This document shows positions 9,868 through 18,931 of a DNA stretch of 59,986 nucleotides, one piece after another. The stretch covers positions 1-59,986 of the IMG/VR virus record IMGVR_UViG_3300022746_000173, one strand, 5' to 3'. The stretch is from a virus (taxonomy: Duplodnaviria > Caudoviricetes). A model generated the notes under the pieces. The model did no database searches, had not been told where the DNA came from, and saw only the letters and a program-made list of their open reading frames with translations. The first letter of the stretch is position 1. The number at the start of each line of letters is the position of its first letter. A program made the translations under genes and the position numbers.

Positions 9868-10971
9868 TTAAGCGTAAAAGTCTTTAACTGTTTGCACTAC
9901 GTACTCGACTTCGCTGTCTGTTAGTTCGGGGTGTATAGGTAAACTCAGACATTCTCTGCTGAATTGGTCGCTGCCTGCTCTAAGATTTGCGCCAGAATAG
10001 TTATATGCAACACCCAAACTATCCAGTGGATGCGGATAGTGAATTTTTGTTTCTATTCTGTTTGCAGTTAAATGACTTTGTAACTGATTACGATACTGTT
10101 GTACCCGAATAACAAATTTGTGCCATGCATGCTCTACGTCCGGCCCTGGACCTAATACATCAACATAGGTACTCAACTGTTGTGTATAGTATTTTGCAAT
10201 AGCATCGCGACGATCTTGCCATGCATCAAAGTATTGTAGTTTTACAATCATCTGTGCACAGTCTGATTCGCTCATTTTACTATTGGTACCTGGGTACATG
10301 TGTACGCTTGATTTGCCATTGTCCCTGAGATCCTTAACGGCTTCTGCAAGTTCAAAATCGTCAGTTAGAACCATGCCACCGCTACCATAGTTAGGCAAGT
10401 TCTTGGTTGGATCAAAACTCAGTACACTTACATACCCTAGCTTGCCACTGGGAATGCCTTTGTATTTTGCCCCGAAACTTTGTGCAGCATCTTCTACAAT
10501 GCGGGGACTCTGTCCCCAGAATTCAGTCATAACACGCAGCTTATCGTAATCGATTATGTTGCCGAACAAGTTAACATACATTACAGCGGCAATATTTGTA
10601 TCGTTAAAACTAAAGTTTACACTATTTAAATCCATTATGCCGCCATAATCAACATCAACAAACGTGGGCTCATGCTCGGTTAGTAAAACGCTGTTTAACG
10701 TGGCTGCAAAGCTCATAGTAGGTATGAGCACCCGCCCGGCGGGAAAAAGCGTTTGTAGGGCAAATACAAGCCCTTGTGTGCATGAATTAACGGATATTGC
10801 GTATGCTCTATCGCAGCGATCGGCGATTAACTGTTCAAATTGCTGGGTGTATGGCCCATCTAATACTTTACCACTAGTGTATACTTTATCAGTAACATGT
10901 AGTATTTCTTCACGCAGGTTTGCGTATTGGCGCTTGACACCAAAGAATGGAATTAGATTCGGGTTTTCCAA
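9868..10971 (-). CDS. DegT/DnrJ/EryC1/StrS family PLP aminotransferase
   Basis: NSCT, EDAAQSFGA, SFDPTKNL..YGSGG, LSLPIHP. Confidence 0.95.
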   Translation of the reverse strand: MENPNLIPFFGVKRQYANLREEILHVTDKVYTSGKVLDGPYTQQFEQLIADRCDRAYAISVNSCTQGLVFALQTLFPAGRVLIPTMSFAATLNSVLLTEHEPTFVDVDYGGIMDLNSVNFSFNDTNIAAVMYVNLFGNIIDYDKLRVMTEFWGQSPRIVEDAAQSFGAKYKGIPSGKLGYVSVLSFDPTKNLPNYGSGGMVLTDDFELAEAVKDLRDNGKSSVHMYPGTNSKMSESDCAQMIVKLQYFDAWQDRRDAIAKYYTQQLSTYVDVLGPGPDVEHAWHKFVIRVQQYRNQLQSHLTANRIETKIHYPHPLDSLGVAYNYSGANLRAGSDQFSRECLSLPIHPELTDSEVEYVVQTVKDFYA

Positions 10972-11921
10972 AATGGGCTCGATTTAAACCAGTCGTGATA
11001 TTTTTGGAAGCCTTCTTCTACGTCAACTTTGGGATCAAACCCAAAGTCTCTACGGGCAGCATCAATATTTAATGCACCACGGCTCGGAAAGTCAGCATCC
11101 TTATCGCGAACTTCTACGTTACCTTTACCTGCAATCTTGATAGCGAGACTAGCAGCTTGGAGCAGGCTGCAACTGTGGCTCTTAGTAATGTTGTAGGTGC
11201 CATTAACTGCACGATCGCTAGTTGCCGCAGCAGCGATACCCGCAGCAGCATCTTCGACGTAGGTAAAGTCTAGTGTTTCGTTTGCGCCGTTTACCTTAAG
11301 AGTTTCTCCGCGCATAGCTGAGAGCATAAATTTGGAAACGACTCGATCTTCCACGTCATATTCACCATATACAGCAGAGGGGCGTATAATAACGTGATCA
11401 AAAATGCCACGACGAGTATAGTCTTTAACAAGGTGTTCTCCCATTAGTTTCATGATGCCATATTGGCCTTGCGGTTTACAGTTATAGTCTTCGGTAACAT
11501 CATTTTCAAAGTCACCGTATACCATGCTTGAGCTGATATAAACGAACTTAGGTATTTTATAGTTTTTTGTAATTTCCAGCAAGTTAACCAAGGCAGTACC
11601 CATTACTTCACTGCCCCATACTGGGTTAGCACTTACGACCTTTTGGCGAGGAAAGCTGGCCAAGTGAATAACTGCATCGCAACTGTGTGCAAAGTTTCTA
11701 AAGAAGTTGTTTACTGCTTCGTGGTCACGCAGATCGATATGATGGCCGCCTGAACGCATACGCTTGGTACGCTCGCTATATAGATACTTGAGTTCGTCTG
11801 CATTTACAAACCCATAATCGGTTACGATATCTAATACAATGCATTCGTGTCCTTGTGCTTGCAGTTGACGTACCACATTATGTCCAATAAAGCCAGCACC
11901 GCCTGTTACGATAAATCTCAT
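10953..11921 (-). CDS. NAD-dependent NDP-sugar epimerase/dehydratase
   Basis: TGGAGFIG, SSSMVYG, YxxxK (YGIMK), DFTYVED. Confidence 0.95.
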   Translation of the reverse strand: MRFIVTGGAGFIGHNVVRQLQAQGHECIVLDIVTDYGFVNADELKYLYSERTKRMRSGGHHIDLRDHEAVNNFFRNFAHSCDAVIHLASFPRQKVVSANPVWGSEVMGTALVNLLEITKNYKIPKFVYISSSMVYGDFENDVTEDYNCKPQGQYGIMKLMGEHLVKDYTRRGIFDHVIIRPSAVYGEYDVEDRVVSKFMLSAMRGETLKVNGANETLDFTYVEDAAAGIAAAATSDRAVNGTYNITKSHSCSLLQAASLAIKIAGKGNVEVRDKDADFPSRGALNIDAARRDFGFDPKVDVEEGFQKYHDWFKSSPFWKTRI

Positions 11922-12499
11922 ACTGCCATCTCCTTAATAACTACGCCAACAAAGGCCCCACGTCGTGGCATACTTCCTTTTGCCATTCGTTGTATAGTTG
12001 CGTAGGCATTTGGTACGCTAACCTTGAATTCTTCTGCGATTGTTTTTAAACCTGCCACTTGTTTACGATCTCCATTTGGGTATTGTATTATATATTGCTT
12101 AGTGTAAGAAAGTAAAGCTGGGTCAATGCCTTTTATCCAGCTATTATTTCCCGAGTGTGCTTCTCTATTTTTTTGCTTTGTATCTTCTGAGTGTGTTTTT
12201 CCAAAGAACCCATTCTTTTCACCAGTTCTCTCTTTTGCAAGATTTTTTAATTTCTCTTTACCTTCGGCTGTCCAATTTTTTGGACCAAGTAACTTTAGAT
12301 AATTTGCTTCTTCCTGCCCTATTTGCTTTGATAACACCAAAAACGCAATTCGATCAAATTTGCTTCCGTGTTTTTCAAATAATAACCTATGGGCCTCTGC
12401 ATGTTCCTCTACAGTAAGTTTAACTAGATTAGACGGATCGTCAGTGCCGCCCATGTGCTTCGGGATAATGTGGTGTATATGATAAATGGTACTGCTCAT
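11918..12499 (-). CDS. Free-standing HNH homing endonuclease with NUMOD3-like motif
   Basis: HHIIPKHMGGTDDPSNLV.LT.EEH..AH; GEKNGFFGKTHSEDTKQK. Confidence 0.9.
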   Translation of the reverse strand: MSSTIYHIHHIIPKHMGGTDDPSNLVKLTVEEHAEAHRLLFEKHGSKFDRIAFLVLSKQIGQEEANYLKLLGPKNWTAEGKEKLKNLAKERTGEKNGFFGKTHSEDTKQKNREAHSGNNSWIKGIDPALLSYTKQYIIQYPNGDRKQVAGLKTIAEEFKVSVPNAYATIQRMAKGSMPRRGAFVGVVIKEMAV

Positions 12500-12534
12500 G
12501 CTTTATTTAGCATCTTAGCAGTACCTTTTAACGT

Positions 12535-13434
12535 TTACACAGCCATTGGGGCCTTAATTGCTGGATGCGATTCGTACCCTACAAGTTTAATATCGTCCAT
12601 TGTAAATTTTGTGATATCTGTTACTTCTGGGTTTAGCCATAATTGTGGCAGAGCCAATGGGCTGCGAGTGAGTTGCTCTTTCACTTGATCTACGTGATTT
12701 AAGTATATGTGAGCATCGCCTAGTACGTGGATAAATTCACCAACCTGTAGGTCGCAAACCTGCGCAATCATTGATAAAAGTAAGCTGTAGCTTGCAATAT
12801 TAAACGGAACGCCAAGTAAAAGATCAGCTGAGCGTTGATACATCTGACAACTCAATTTCCCGTTGCTAACGTAGAATTGTGCAAAGGTATGGCACGGGGG
12901 CAGGGCCATGGACTCTAGTTCGCCTGGGTTCCATGCAGATAATATATGTCGTCGTCCGTGTGGGTCTGCTTTAATGCCGTTGATTAGGTCTAATAATTGA
13001 TCAACTTCATGTCTATCAGCGGCCACTCGCACACCGCCTAAGTGGGCAGGACCCATTTCCTTTTGCTCTTTGTATTGACGCCAGTGTCTCCACTGTACGC
13101 CATAAACTCTTCCCAAGTCGCCTTTGAACTTGGCCTTACTTTGCCAATATGGTGCTGTGGCATTGGCAGTCCAGATAGTTGTCTTTTCCGACTCGGTGCT
13201 ACCATGTAATATCTCTCGCAACCGCGTTTCATCTCCCGAACCTTCAATGAACCACAGCAACTCGGACACCACTGATTTCCATGCTAGCTTTTTAGTTGTA
13301 ACCGCCGGAAAGGATTCTGCAAGATTATATCTTTGTTGCATACCAAACATGCTAATAGTTCCCACACCCGTTCTATCTTGTTTAGGGGTTCCATTAGTTA
13401 ATACCTCAGTTAAATCGCTTAAATAGGCTTTCAT
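12535..13434 (-). CDS. thyA: Thymidylate synthase
   Basis: DRTGVGT, ELLWF, MALPPCH, YQRSAD..LGVPFNIASY, DAHIY.NH. Confidence 0.97.
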   Translation of the reverse strand: MKAYLSDLTEVLTNGTPKQDRTGVGTISMFGMQQRYNLAESFPAVTTKKLAWKSVVSELLWFIEGSGDETRLREILHGSTESEKTTIWTANATAPYWQSKAKFKGDLGRVYGVQWRHWRQYKEQKEMGPAHLGGVRVAADRHEVDQLLDLINGIKADPHGRRHILSAWNPGELESMALPPCHTFAQFYVSNGKLSCQMYQRSADLLLGVPFNIASYSLLLSMIAQVCDLQVGEFIHVLGDAHIYLNHVDQVKEQLTRSPLALPQLWLNPEVTDITKFTMDDIKLVGYESHPAIKAPMAV

Positions 13435-13906
13435 ATACCACAGTCGTAAAATTTGTATTTGGGTCCGCAGTTGCAGTCTTTTGACTCCAACCTGACAAGA
13501 ATGTTTTTAAGTTTATTCTAGTATCTATTTTATACGAGCCCTTGTGATGGGTCAAGTATAAACGATCAAATATACCATCGCATTGTGCCAATAAGTCCGG
13601 TCCGCCAATAACCCAAATAGTTTTACCAGGGTGCTTCTTTTCTAGTGCAAGAATTTCTTCTCTCATGTCACCTGATATAGTGGCTGTATGTAGCAATGGT
13701 GGTTTAGAAGTGGCAACGTATGTAATGCGATTCTTTAAAGGCTTAGGCATGTTCTTATCGTCCCAGGTCTTACGACCCATAACAACGACATGTCCGTCGG
13801 TTAGTTCTTTAAAGTTTTTTAAGTCAGCAGGATTGTGGGGCCATGGCATGGTGCCATTGAACCCCATCCCACCGTATTGGTCTACGGCGAAAAGGGCGTT
13901 TATCAT
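13406..13906 (-). CDS. folA: Dihydrofolate reductase
   Basis: MPWP...DL..FK..T, VVMGRKTW, KPLKNR, WVIGG; adjacent to thyA. Confidence 0.93.
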   Translation of the reverse strand: MINALFAVDQYGGMGFNGTMPWPHNPADLKNFKELTDGHVVVMGRKTWDDKNMPKPLKNRITYVATSKPPLLHTATISGDMREEILALEKKHPGKTIWVIGGPDLLAQCDGIFDRLYLTHHKGSYKIDTRINLKTFLSGWSQKTATADPNTNFTTVVYESLFKRFN

Positions 13907-14250
13907 AAATTTTTGAGTAGATTATCTGTGAATGGTTGAACAAATTTCGCTACACTGTCAACGCTGATGTGAAAATCAACATCTTGAATGATGTGATCCA
14001 GTGCGTCTAGTTTGTCTGTAACCATTTGTTCGATAATTTCGGGGTCGGCTCCGTCTTCTAGCATTTCTGCTATATTGACTTCCACTGCCGTCCCGTCATT
14101 GAGATTTACTGTTAAATAGAGAATGACATCAATAGGAACCTGCTCTTTGTTGACTTCCTTGAGCAAGCGTTCCCATTGTTCACGCTTATTTAAATTAAGC
14201 CGTTTGCTTTTTAGTCGGCGCGGCTTTTTTGGCTCTTGTTGTTTTGACAT
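13903..14250 (-). CDS. Hypothetical protein
   Basis: Basic N-terminus and acidic C-terminus; ATG at 14250 preferred; coupled to DHFR. Confidence 0.65.
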   Translation of the reverse strand: MSKQQEPKKPRRLKSKRLNLNKREQWERLLKEVNKEQVPIDVILYLTVNLNDGTAVEVNIAEMLEDGADPEIIEQMVTDKLDALDHIIQDVDFHISVDSVAKFVQPFTDNLLKNL

Positions 14251-14896
14251 TTTTCGCAGGTGCAAGGGACGATGCTTCATTTTCTAATCTTTTGGCTTCG
14301 GCGAGTAATTGCTCTGCCTGACGTTTCATTTCTTCAGCTTGACTTAACCTTTGCGATGCTAAATCGTCGTCGGTTAGTGTACCCTTTACGTAGGCTGCTG
14401 CATTAGCGTTACTGTCTACGTCAACGTTGGTGCGACTCAAACTTTGATTGTTTGGTGGCATGCCAACTTCGCGACCTTCACGAACACGCTTTTTAGTTTG
14501 CATGCCCGAGTTACGGTCAATGTCGGCTAGACGCTTAACAGCTTCTTCGCCTTTTTCCATTTCGTCTAAGATGCTGTTTAATTCATCTAAGCGAACTGTG
14601 GACTTTGATGTTGGAGTAATTAGAACTTGGCTTGTTGGGATTTTCTTGATAAATCCTTCGCGGTGCAATACTTCTAAACAGTTACGACCATCTGCCATAG
14701 TTGTGCGGAAAAGAACTTCGTTTAATTCCTTGGCATTTTGTCCAATTGGACTTTCTAACGCCCGCATTACTTCGTCGTGGATCATACGTGGCAATGTGTC
14801 GCTGTATAAAGCCAATGCCATATGTCCTTCGTTTGGAACGCTTCTCCATAACAAGACAATACGCTTGTTATTGTGTTTACCTACATGTTTAATCAT
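14195..14896 (-). CDS. Hypothetical protein with coiled-coil and basic C-terminus
   Basis: 233-aa ORF with GAGG SD. Confidence 0.75.
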   Translation of the reverse strand: MIKHVGKHNNKRIVLLWRSVPNEGHMALALYSDTLPRMIHDEVMRALESPIGQNAKELNEVLFRTTMADGRNCLEVLHREGFIKKIPTSQVLITPTSKSTVRLDELNSILDEMEKGEEAVKRLADIDRNSGMQTKKRVREGREVGMPPNNQSLSRTNVDVDSNANAAAYVKGTLTDDDLASQRLSQAEEMKRQAEQLLAEAKRLENEASSLAPAKNVKTTRAKKAAPTKKQTA

Positions 14897-14909
14897 TTTG
14901 ATTTCCTCT

Positions 14910-15128
14910 TTATTCAGCTGGTGTAGCTGGTTCGTTTGCTGGTGGCTGTATTGCTCCGCTGTCTTTTAAGAATTTGACAATGCGGTCGTATACAGTACCA
15001 ATCTGCACGAATTCGTCTGCTTTAAATGCTCCACGCTGGCTTGCAACCTGGATGATTTGTACACATGCTAAGATATCTGCAATCTGTAGCTGTGTAGCAG
15101 TGGTTTGTTCTGGTGTCGTATCTGACAT
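14910..15128 (-). CDS. Hypothetical protein
   Basis: GGAG SD and upstream TAAATA; ASQRGAFKADE motif. Confidence 0.7.
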   Translation of the reverse strand: MSDTTPEQTTATQLQIADILACVQIIQVASQRGAFKADEFVQIGTVYDRIVKFLKDSGAIQPPANEPATPAE

Positions 15129-15187
15129 AGTATCTCCAATAAACTATGCATATATTTACGATCCAAACAAACTGAGGAAAAATTTTC

Positions 15188-15460
15188 TTAGAAGTTATCG
15201 TATTGATTAATGGTATCTAATATCAGACTAAAGTAGCTGGCCTCACCTGGAATCTCAAAAGAAACCATTTTTTGGACATCGCCTTCAGTGTATTCGTCGC
15301 CTACGTAGAAACGACCTGTTAGGTTTTCGTAAACCCAGTCGGTAATCTTCTTTTCTGATGCGCTCAAGTCAAAGCAAACCTTGACAAAATGCGGGGGACA
15401 GTGTTCCATCCTCCGCATTCCGAACACATGAAGTAAGTTAACTTCGTTGTGCTTTAACAT
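15188..15460 (-). CDS. Small hypothetical protein (W...G....F....A..F.L family)
   Basis: ITDWVYENLTGRFY...SFEIPGEASYFSL. Confidence 0.7.
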   Translation of the reverse strand: MLKHNEVNLLHVFGMRRMEHCPPHFVKVCFDLSASEKKITDWVYENLTGRFYVGDEYTEGDVQKMVSFEIPGEASYFSLILDTINQYDNF

Positions 15461-15462
15461 GA

Positions 15463-16155
15463 TTAGTCGTCGCTGCCCGGTGCTACGCCGATGATTTGCA
15501 GCAGGTTAACAAACAAGTTGATAAAGTCCAGATACAAACTAAGTGCACCAATGACTTCAAGTGCAGCACTACTTTCGTTTTCTACGCTGAGAGATTCACG
15601 GATTTGCTGTGTATCGTATGCAGTAAAGCCCAAGAAGATCAAGATAGCAATAGCACTAATAACCATTTGCATTACTGTGCTACCAATAAACATGTTGATG
15701 ATGCTGGCAATGATAATTGCAATCAATCCAACGAACAGCAAACTACCTAGCCCACTTAGATCTCGTTTGGTAAAGTACCCAAAGAAGCTCATAGTACCAA
15801 ACAATACTGCGGCACCCATAAACGCTGTAAAGATACTGGTCATTGCGTATGCCACAAAGATCACACTAAGACTCAGTCCCATTAGTGCAGCAAAGCCGTG
15901 TAGCAGGCCCACTGCAACAGGAGCAGGTGGATCAGCGGCCAGAGCCGGAGTAATGAAAAAGATTGCAACCAATGGTGCAAAGATTACAACCCAGTGCATG
16001 ATTCCTGTTAGGAAAAAATGTGTCAGGGCCGGAGTGGTGCCAATGATGTAACTGACTAACATACTGTTTAGCACAGCAGTCATCATGTAAAAGTAAACAC
16101 GACCCATTGCTGCATTGATAGCAGGTGCGTCGCGATAAATGCCTGTTGCAAACAT
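15463..16155 (-). CDS. Bax inhibitor-1/YccA family membrane protein
   Basis: About seven hydrophobic segments; TAYDTQ.I and ALSLYLDFINLF..LL signatures; AGGAGA SD before ATG 16155. Confidence 0.93.
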   Translation of the reverse strand: MFATGIYRDAPAINAAMGRVYFYMMTAVLNSMLVSYIIGTTPALTHFFLTGIMHWVVIFAPLVAIFFITPALAADPPAPVAVGLLHGFAALMGLSLSVIFVAYAMTSIFTAFMGAAVLFGTMSFFGYFTKRDLSGLGSLLFVGLIAIIIASIINMFIGSTVMQMVISAIAILIFLGFTAYDTQQIRESLSVENESSAALEVIGALSLYLDFINLFVNLLQIIGVAPGSDD

Positions 16156-16165
16156 AAAGTTCTCC

Positions 16166-16528
16166 TTAGATTGCTTGTGGTTGTTGATTGGCTTGACCTG
16201 CAACTTGCCCAGCAAGTGTAGGATCAAGTTTACCTGTAATCACAGTAAGATTCATATCTCCTGTGTTTTCACGTTTAAGAGTCATCTTGTCTTGCAATGA
16301 CTCGTCGGCTGCCTTACGGAAGCCTTCAAACAATTCAAACTGTCGAGTGATCTCAACAATCTCGCTGGCTCGGGCCAAATCTTCCAACCGCATTTCCAAT
16401 TCCATGATGCGTTTGACCGCAGCAAAGTAATCTTTTGGGGCATTGATTGTGCCGTTTTTAATATGCTCCATCTCCTCTTCAGGAGTCATACGCATATCGT
16501 CGAGCAGTTCATTTGAAGGTGTAGTCAT
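16166..16528 (-). CDS. Hypothetical protein
   Basis: 120-aa ORF with AAGGA SD. Confidence 0.65.
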   Translation of the reverse strand: MTTPSNELLDDMRMTPEEEMEHIKNGTINAPKDYFAAVKRIMELEMRLEDLARASEIVEITRQFELFEGFRKAADESLQDKMTLKRENTGDMNLTVITGKLDPTLAGQVAGQANQQPQAI

Positions 16529-16537
16529 TTTCGTCCT

Positions 16538-16771
16538 TTAACGAGTTGGTTTGGTTTCTGGTTCTAAAGTTGGAGTGACACGGGCCATTTCTTCATCTGT
16601 TGCAAAGCGAGTTGGTCCGTGATCAAAGTAACTTGGAACCCATATTTTAACAGGTTTCCAATATTTGTGCAAGATGTTGTTAATAAACACGATTGCTACT
16701 GAGAATACAGTAACGCCCAGTCCAATTAACACACTCGATACTAAAAATTCTGCTGCTGATTCGATTTCCAT
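16538..16771 (-). CDS. Small membrane protein
   Basis: Single hydrophobic segment; SD and upstream TAAATA. Confidence 0.65.
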   Translation of the reverse strand: MEIESAAEFLVSSVLIGLGVTVFSVAIVFINNILHKYWKPVKIWVPSYFDHGPTRFATDEEMARVTPTLEPETKPTR

Positions 16772-16830
16772 TTTTGTTCCTTACATAGTACAGTCATATT
16801 TAACTGTACTATGTTATGGGTGGGTAAAAA

Positions 16831-18090
16831 TTACTTTTTACCTTTAGCTGCTTCTTCGTAGTGCGCCCACACACCATGTGGTGGCTCACAACCTGGGTTA
16901 CCTTTGATAATCCAAACTGTGTCAACGTAGTTTTCGTCGCCCCAGCCATCACCTGTGTAACCGTCAGTAAACATAATGAACTTCTTAGGTTCAATACCTT
17001 CTTCTTTCATGTATTCCCAGTTGACGTTGAAGCTAGTGCCGCCACCGCCTTGTGGGTCATACTCAAGAATGCTCTTCATGTTGTCGCTGTCGAATGTTTG
17101 ATCGTTGTAGATGTTTGTATCAAAACACCACACGCGGATCTTGTATTCGTCATACGAGTCCATAATGCCCTTGATCTCACTCAAGAAGATCTTGCTATCT
17201 TCGCTGCTGATAGAACCAGACATGTCAATGCTCACAGCAACGTCAATGGTCTCACCTGGCTTCAAGCCTGGGAGAATAGCGTCCATGTGCCAGCTCTTGC
17301 GACCAGGGCGAGCAAACGTGTAATCATTCTTGATAGTGCTTTGGATTTGTTGTTCCAACAGCTCTTTCCAAGAAATCATTGGCTCAGTCAAGTCCTTAAC
17401 AAGACGCTTGACGCCTGCGGGCAAGTTGCCTGCACCAACAGCCTGTGCAGCAGCCAACATGGCTTCTTTGATCTCATCGCGGATAGCATCGCGCTCGGCT
17501 TTGCTCAAACGTGGAGGGCCATTGCCATCTTGATCGCCATCGTCGCCGCTACCATCGCCGTCATCACCTTCCAAATGCTGATCCAGCACTTGTTGAGCAA
17601 GTTTGTTGATATCGATCTTGTTGGCATTTTCCATCAAGTCGTCATAGACTTCTTCCATTGCCATGCCTTTGTACTTTGGATCGTACAGCATAGGAACAAC
17701 AGTGATCTTCTCGCCAACACGTTGATCAATCAAGTCACTGTTAACGCAGAAGTCAGCAGCAATGTTCATAATCTTGCGATCGCGATTGCCAGTACGACCC
17801 ATATGATCGTAAACAGCATGAAGAACTTCGTGACCGACTAAGAATTCAACTTGCTTGAGTGGCATGTTGTTAACGAACACACTGTTGTAATAAAAAGTAC
17901 GACCGTCTGTTGCCGCAGTAGGGCACCACTCGTCTGCATTAACCAGCTTCATACGAGTTGCAAGGTTACCAAAGAATGGTGCTTTGAGCAACAGACCGAT
18001 ACGTGCTGTAATCAGTTTTTCTTTGGCTGCATTGTCGATTTTAGGGTCCGTAACAGTTACGGATTTTTGTTTAGTTGCGGTGTCAGACAT
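16831..18090 (-). CDS. Metallopeptidase-like plus vWA domain protein (DUF2201-like)
   Basis: TAATDG, HEVLH (HExxH), acidic linker, MIDAS motif DMSGS...GGGT...FTDG. Confidence 0.9.
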   Translation of the reverse strand: MSDTATKQKSVTVTDPKIDNAAKEKLITARIGLLLKAPFFGNLATRMKLVNADEWCPTAATDGRTFYYNSVFVNNMPLKQVEFLVGHEVLHAVYDHMGRTGNRDRKIMNIAADFCVNSDLIDQRVGEKITVVPMLYDPKYKGMAMEEVYDDLMENANKIDINKLAQQVLDQHLEGDDGDGSGDDGDQDGNGPPRLSKAERDAIRDEIKEAMLAAAQAVGAGNLPAGVKRLVKDLTEPMISWKELLEQQIQSTIKNDYTFARPGRKSWHMDAILPGLKPGETIDVAVSIDMSGSISSEDSKIFLSEIKGIMDSYDEYKIRVWCFDTNIYNDQTFDSDNMKSILEYDPQGGGGTSFNVNWEYMKEEGIEPKKFIMFTDGYTGDGWGDENYVDTVWIIKGNPGCEPPHGVWAHYEEAAKGKK

Positions 18091-18131
18091 GGGTACTCCT
18101 TGTTAATGTCTATATTATACACGATTTTGAA

Positions 18132-18593
18132 TTATGGTAACTTGATGTTGCCATGGTAAACGTTCAACATAATTTGGCCTAATTCACGGTTTTCCATGAT
18201 ATTAAAGCGTCGACTAAAGTCAAAACGCTCACTAATGTAGCCAGCAGCCTTCTTCTTAGTTGCTGTATTGGTAATTTCGTACCTAGAATAGCTGCATGAG
18301 CAGTGGTAAGTGGTCCCTGTGCCGCTTATGTACGCCCAACGATTGTAACAGCTTCTATCGTTGCCAATTGGGCGGATATTCATGCTTGAAACAATCTGTT
18401 CGTTTGCCGATATGTTACGCTTTACTACAATGCGATTTAGCTTACCGCCAATGCTAACTAGATCCTTGCCATCAAGTCCCATTAGTGTAGCATAGTTAAC
18501 CAGTGCGCGAATCTGATCTTGCTTTTCTTGTGCGAAGCGTCTAAAGTGAAGAACAACTTCTTCCTCAACGCTGTTTTCGTTTACTTCTTCCAT
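18132..18593 (-). CDS. Hypothetical protein
   Basis: 153-aa ORF in operon context. Confidence 0.6.
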   Translation of the reverse strand: MEEVNENSVEEEVVLHFRRFAQEKQDQIRALVNYATLMGLDGKDLVSIGGKLNRIVVKRNISANEQIVSSMNIRPIGNDRSCYNRWAYISGTGTTYHCSCSYSRYEITNTATKKKAAGYISERFDFSRRFNIMENRELGQIMLNVYHGNIKLP

Positions 18594-18594
18594 T

Positions 18595-18870
18595 TTACTT
18601 CCATTTAAGGGTAAAGTGTGTTAGGCATTCATCTCTGAGATAAATGTAATGCTTTGAGGGACTTTGGTTTAGGTGCCAACCCCACTTAGTATCTTTCTTT
18701 GTGTGAACTAGATCTCGTTCAACGCCGGGACCAAAAGTTTCCCAGCACCACTCGCGTATTAGAACAAACTCTTGGTCACGTTCTATCCAAGTGCCAGTTA
18801 TTTCGGCTCTGTGAGAAAATATTATATGGCCTGCGTGACGACCATCGAGTTTAGTAATGACTATTGACAT
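18595..18870 (-). CDS. Small hypothetical protein (WCWETFG...F.LKW family)
   Basis: IREWCWETFGPG...IYLRDECLTHFTLKW. Confidence 0.65.
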   Translation of the reverse strand: MSIVITKLDGRHAGHIIFSHRAEITGTWIERDQEFVLIREWCWETFGPGVERDLVHTKKDTKWGWHLNQSPSKHYIYLRDECLTHFTLKWK

Positions 18871-18875
18871 GGTAG

Positions 18876-18913
18876 AAAAAGGAGGACTTACGGTAAAATT
18901 TACCAGCCTCCTT
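18876..18913 (-). terminator. Probable rho-independent terminator after the AAA ATPase
   Basis: Minus strand AAGGAGG...CCTCCTT stem with inner GGTAA/TTACC, followed by a T run. Confidence 0.55.
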
Positions 18914-18931
18914 ACCCAGCACTACCTAGGA

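Noticed and set aside
12535-13434. Possible group I intron in thyA
   Set aside because: The reading frame is continuous with all motifs present and the HNH gene lies outside it
16861-17841. 326-aa plus-strand ORF
   Set aside because: Antisense shadow of the vWA/metallopeptidase gene; no SD or motif; explained by codon bias of the real gene
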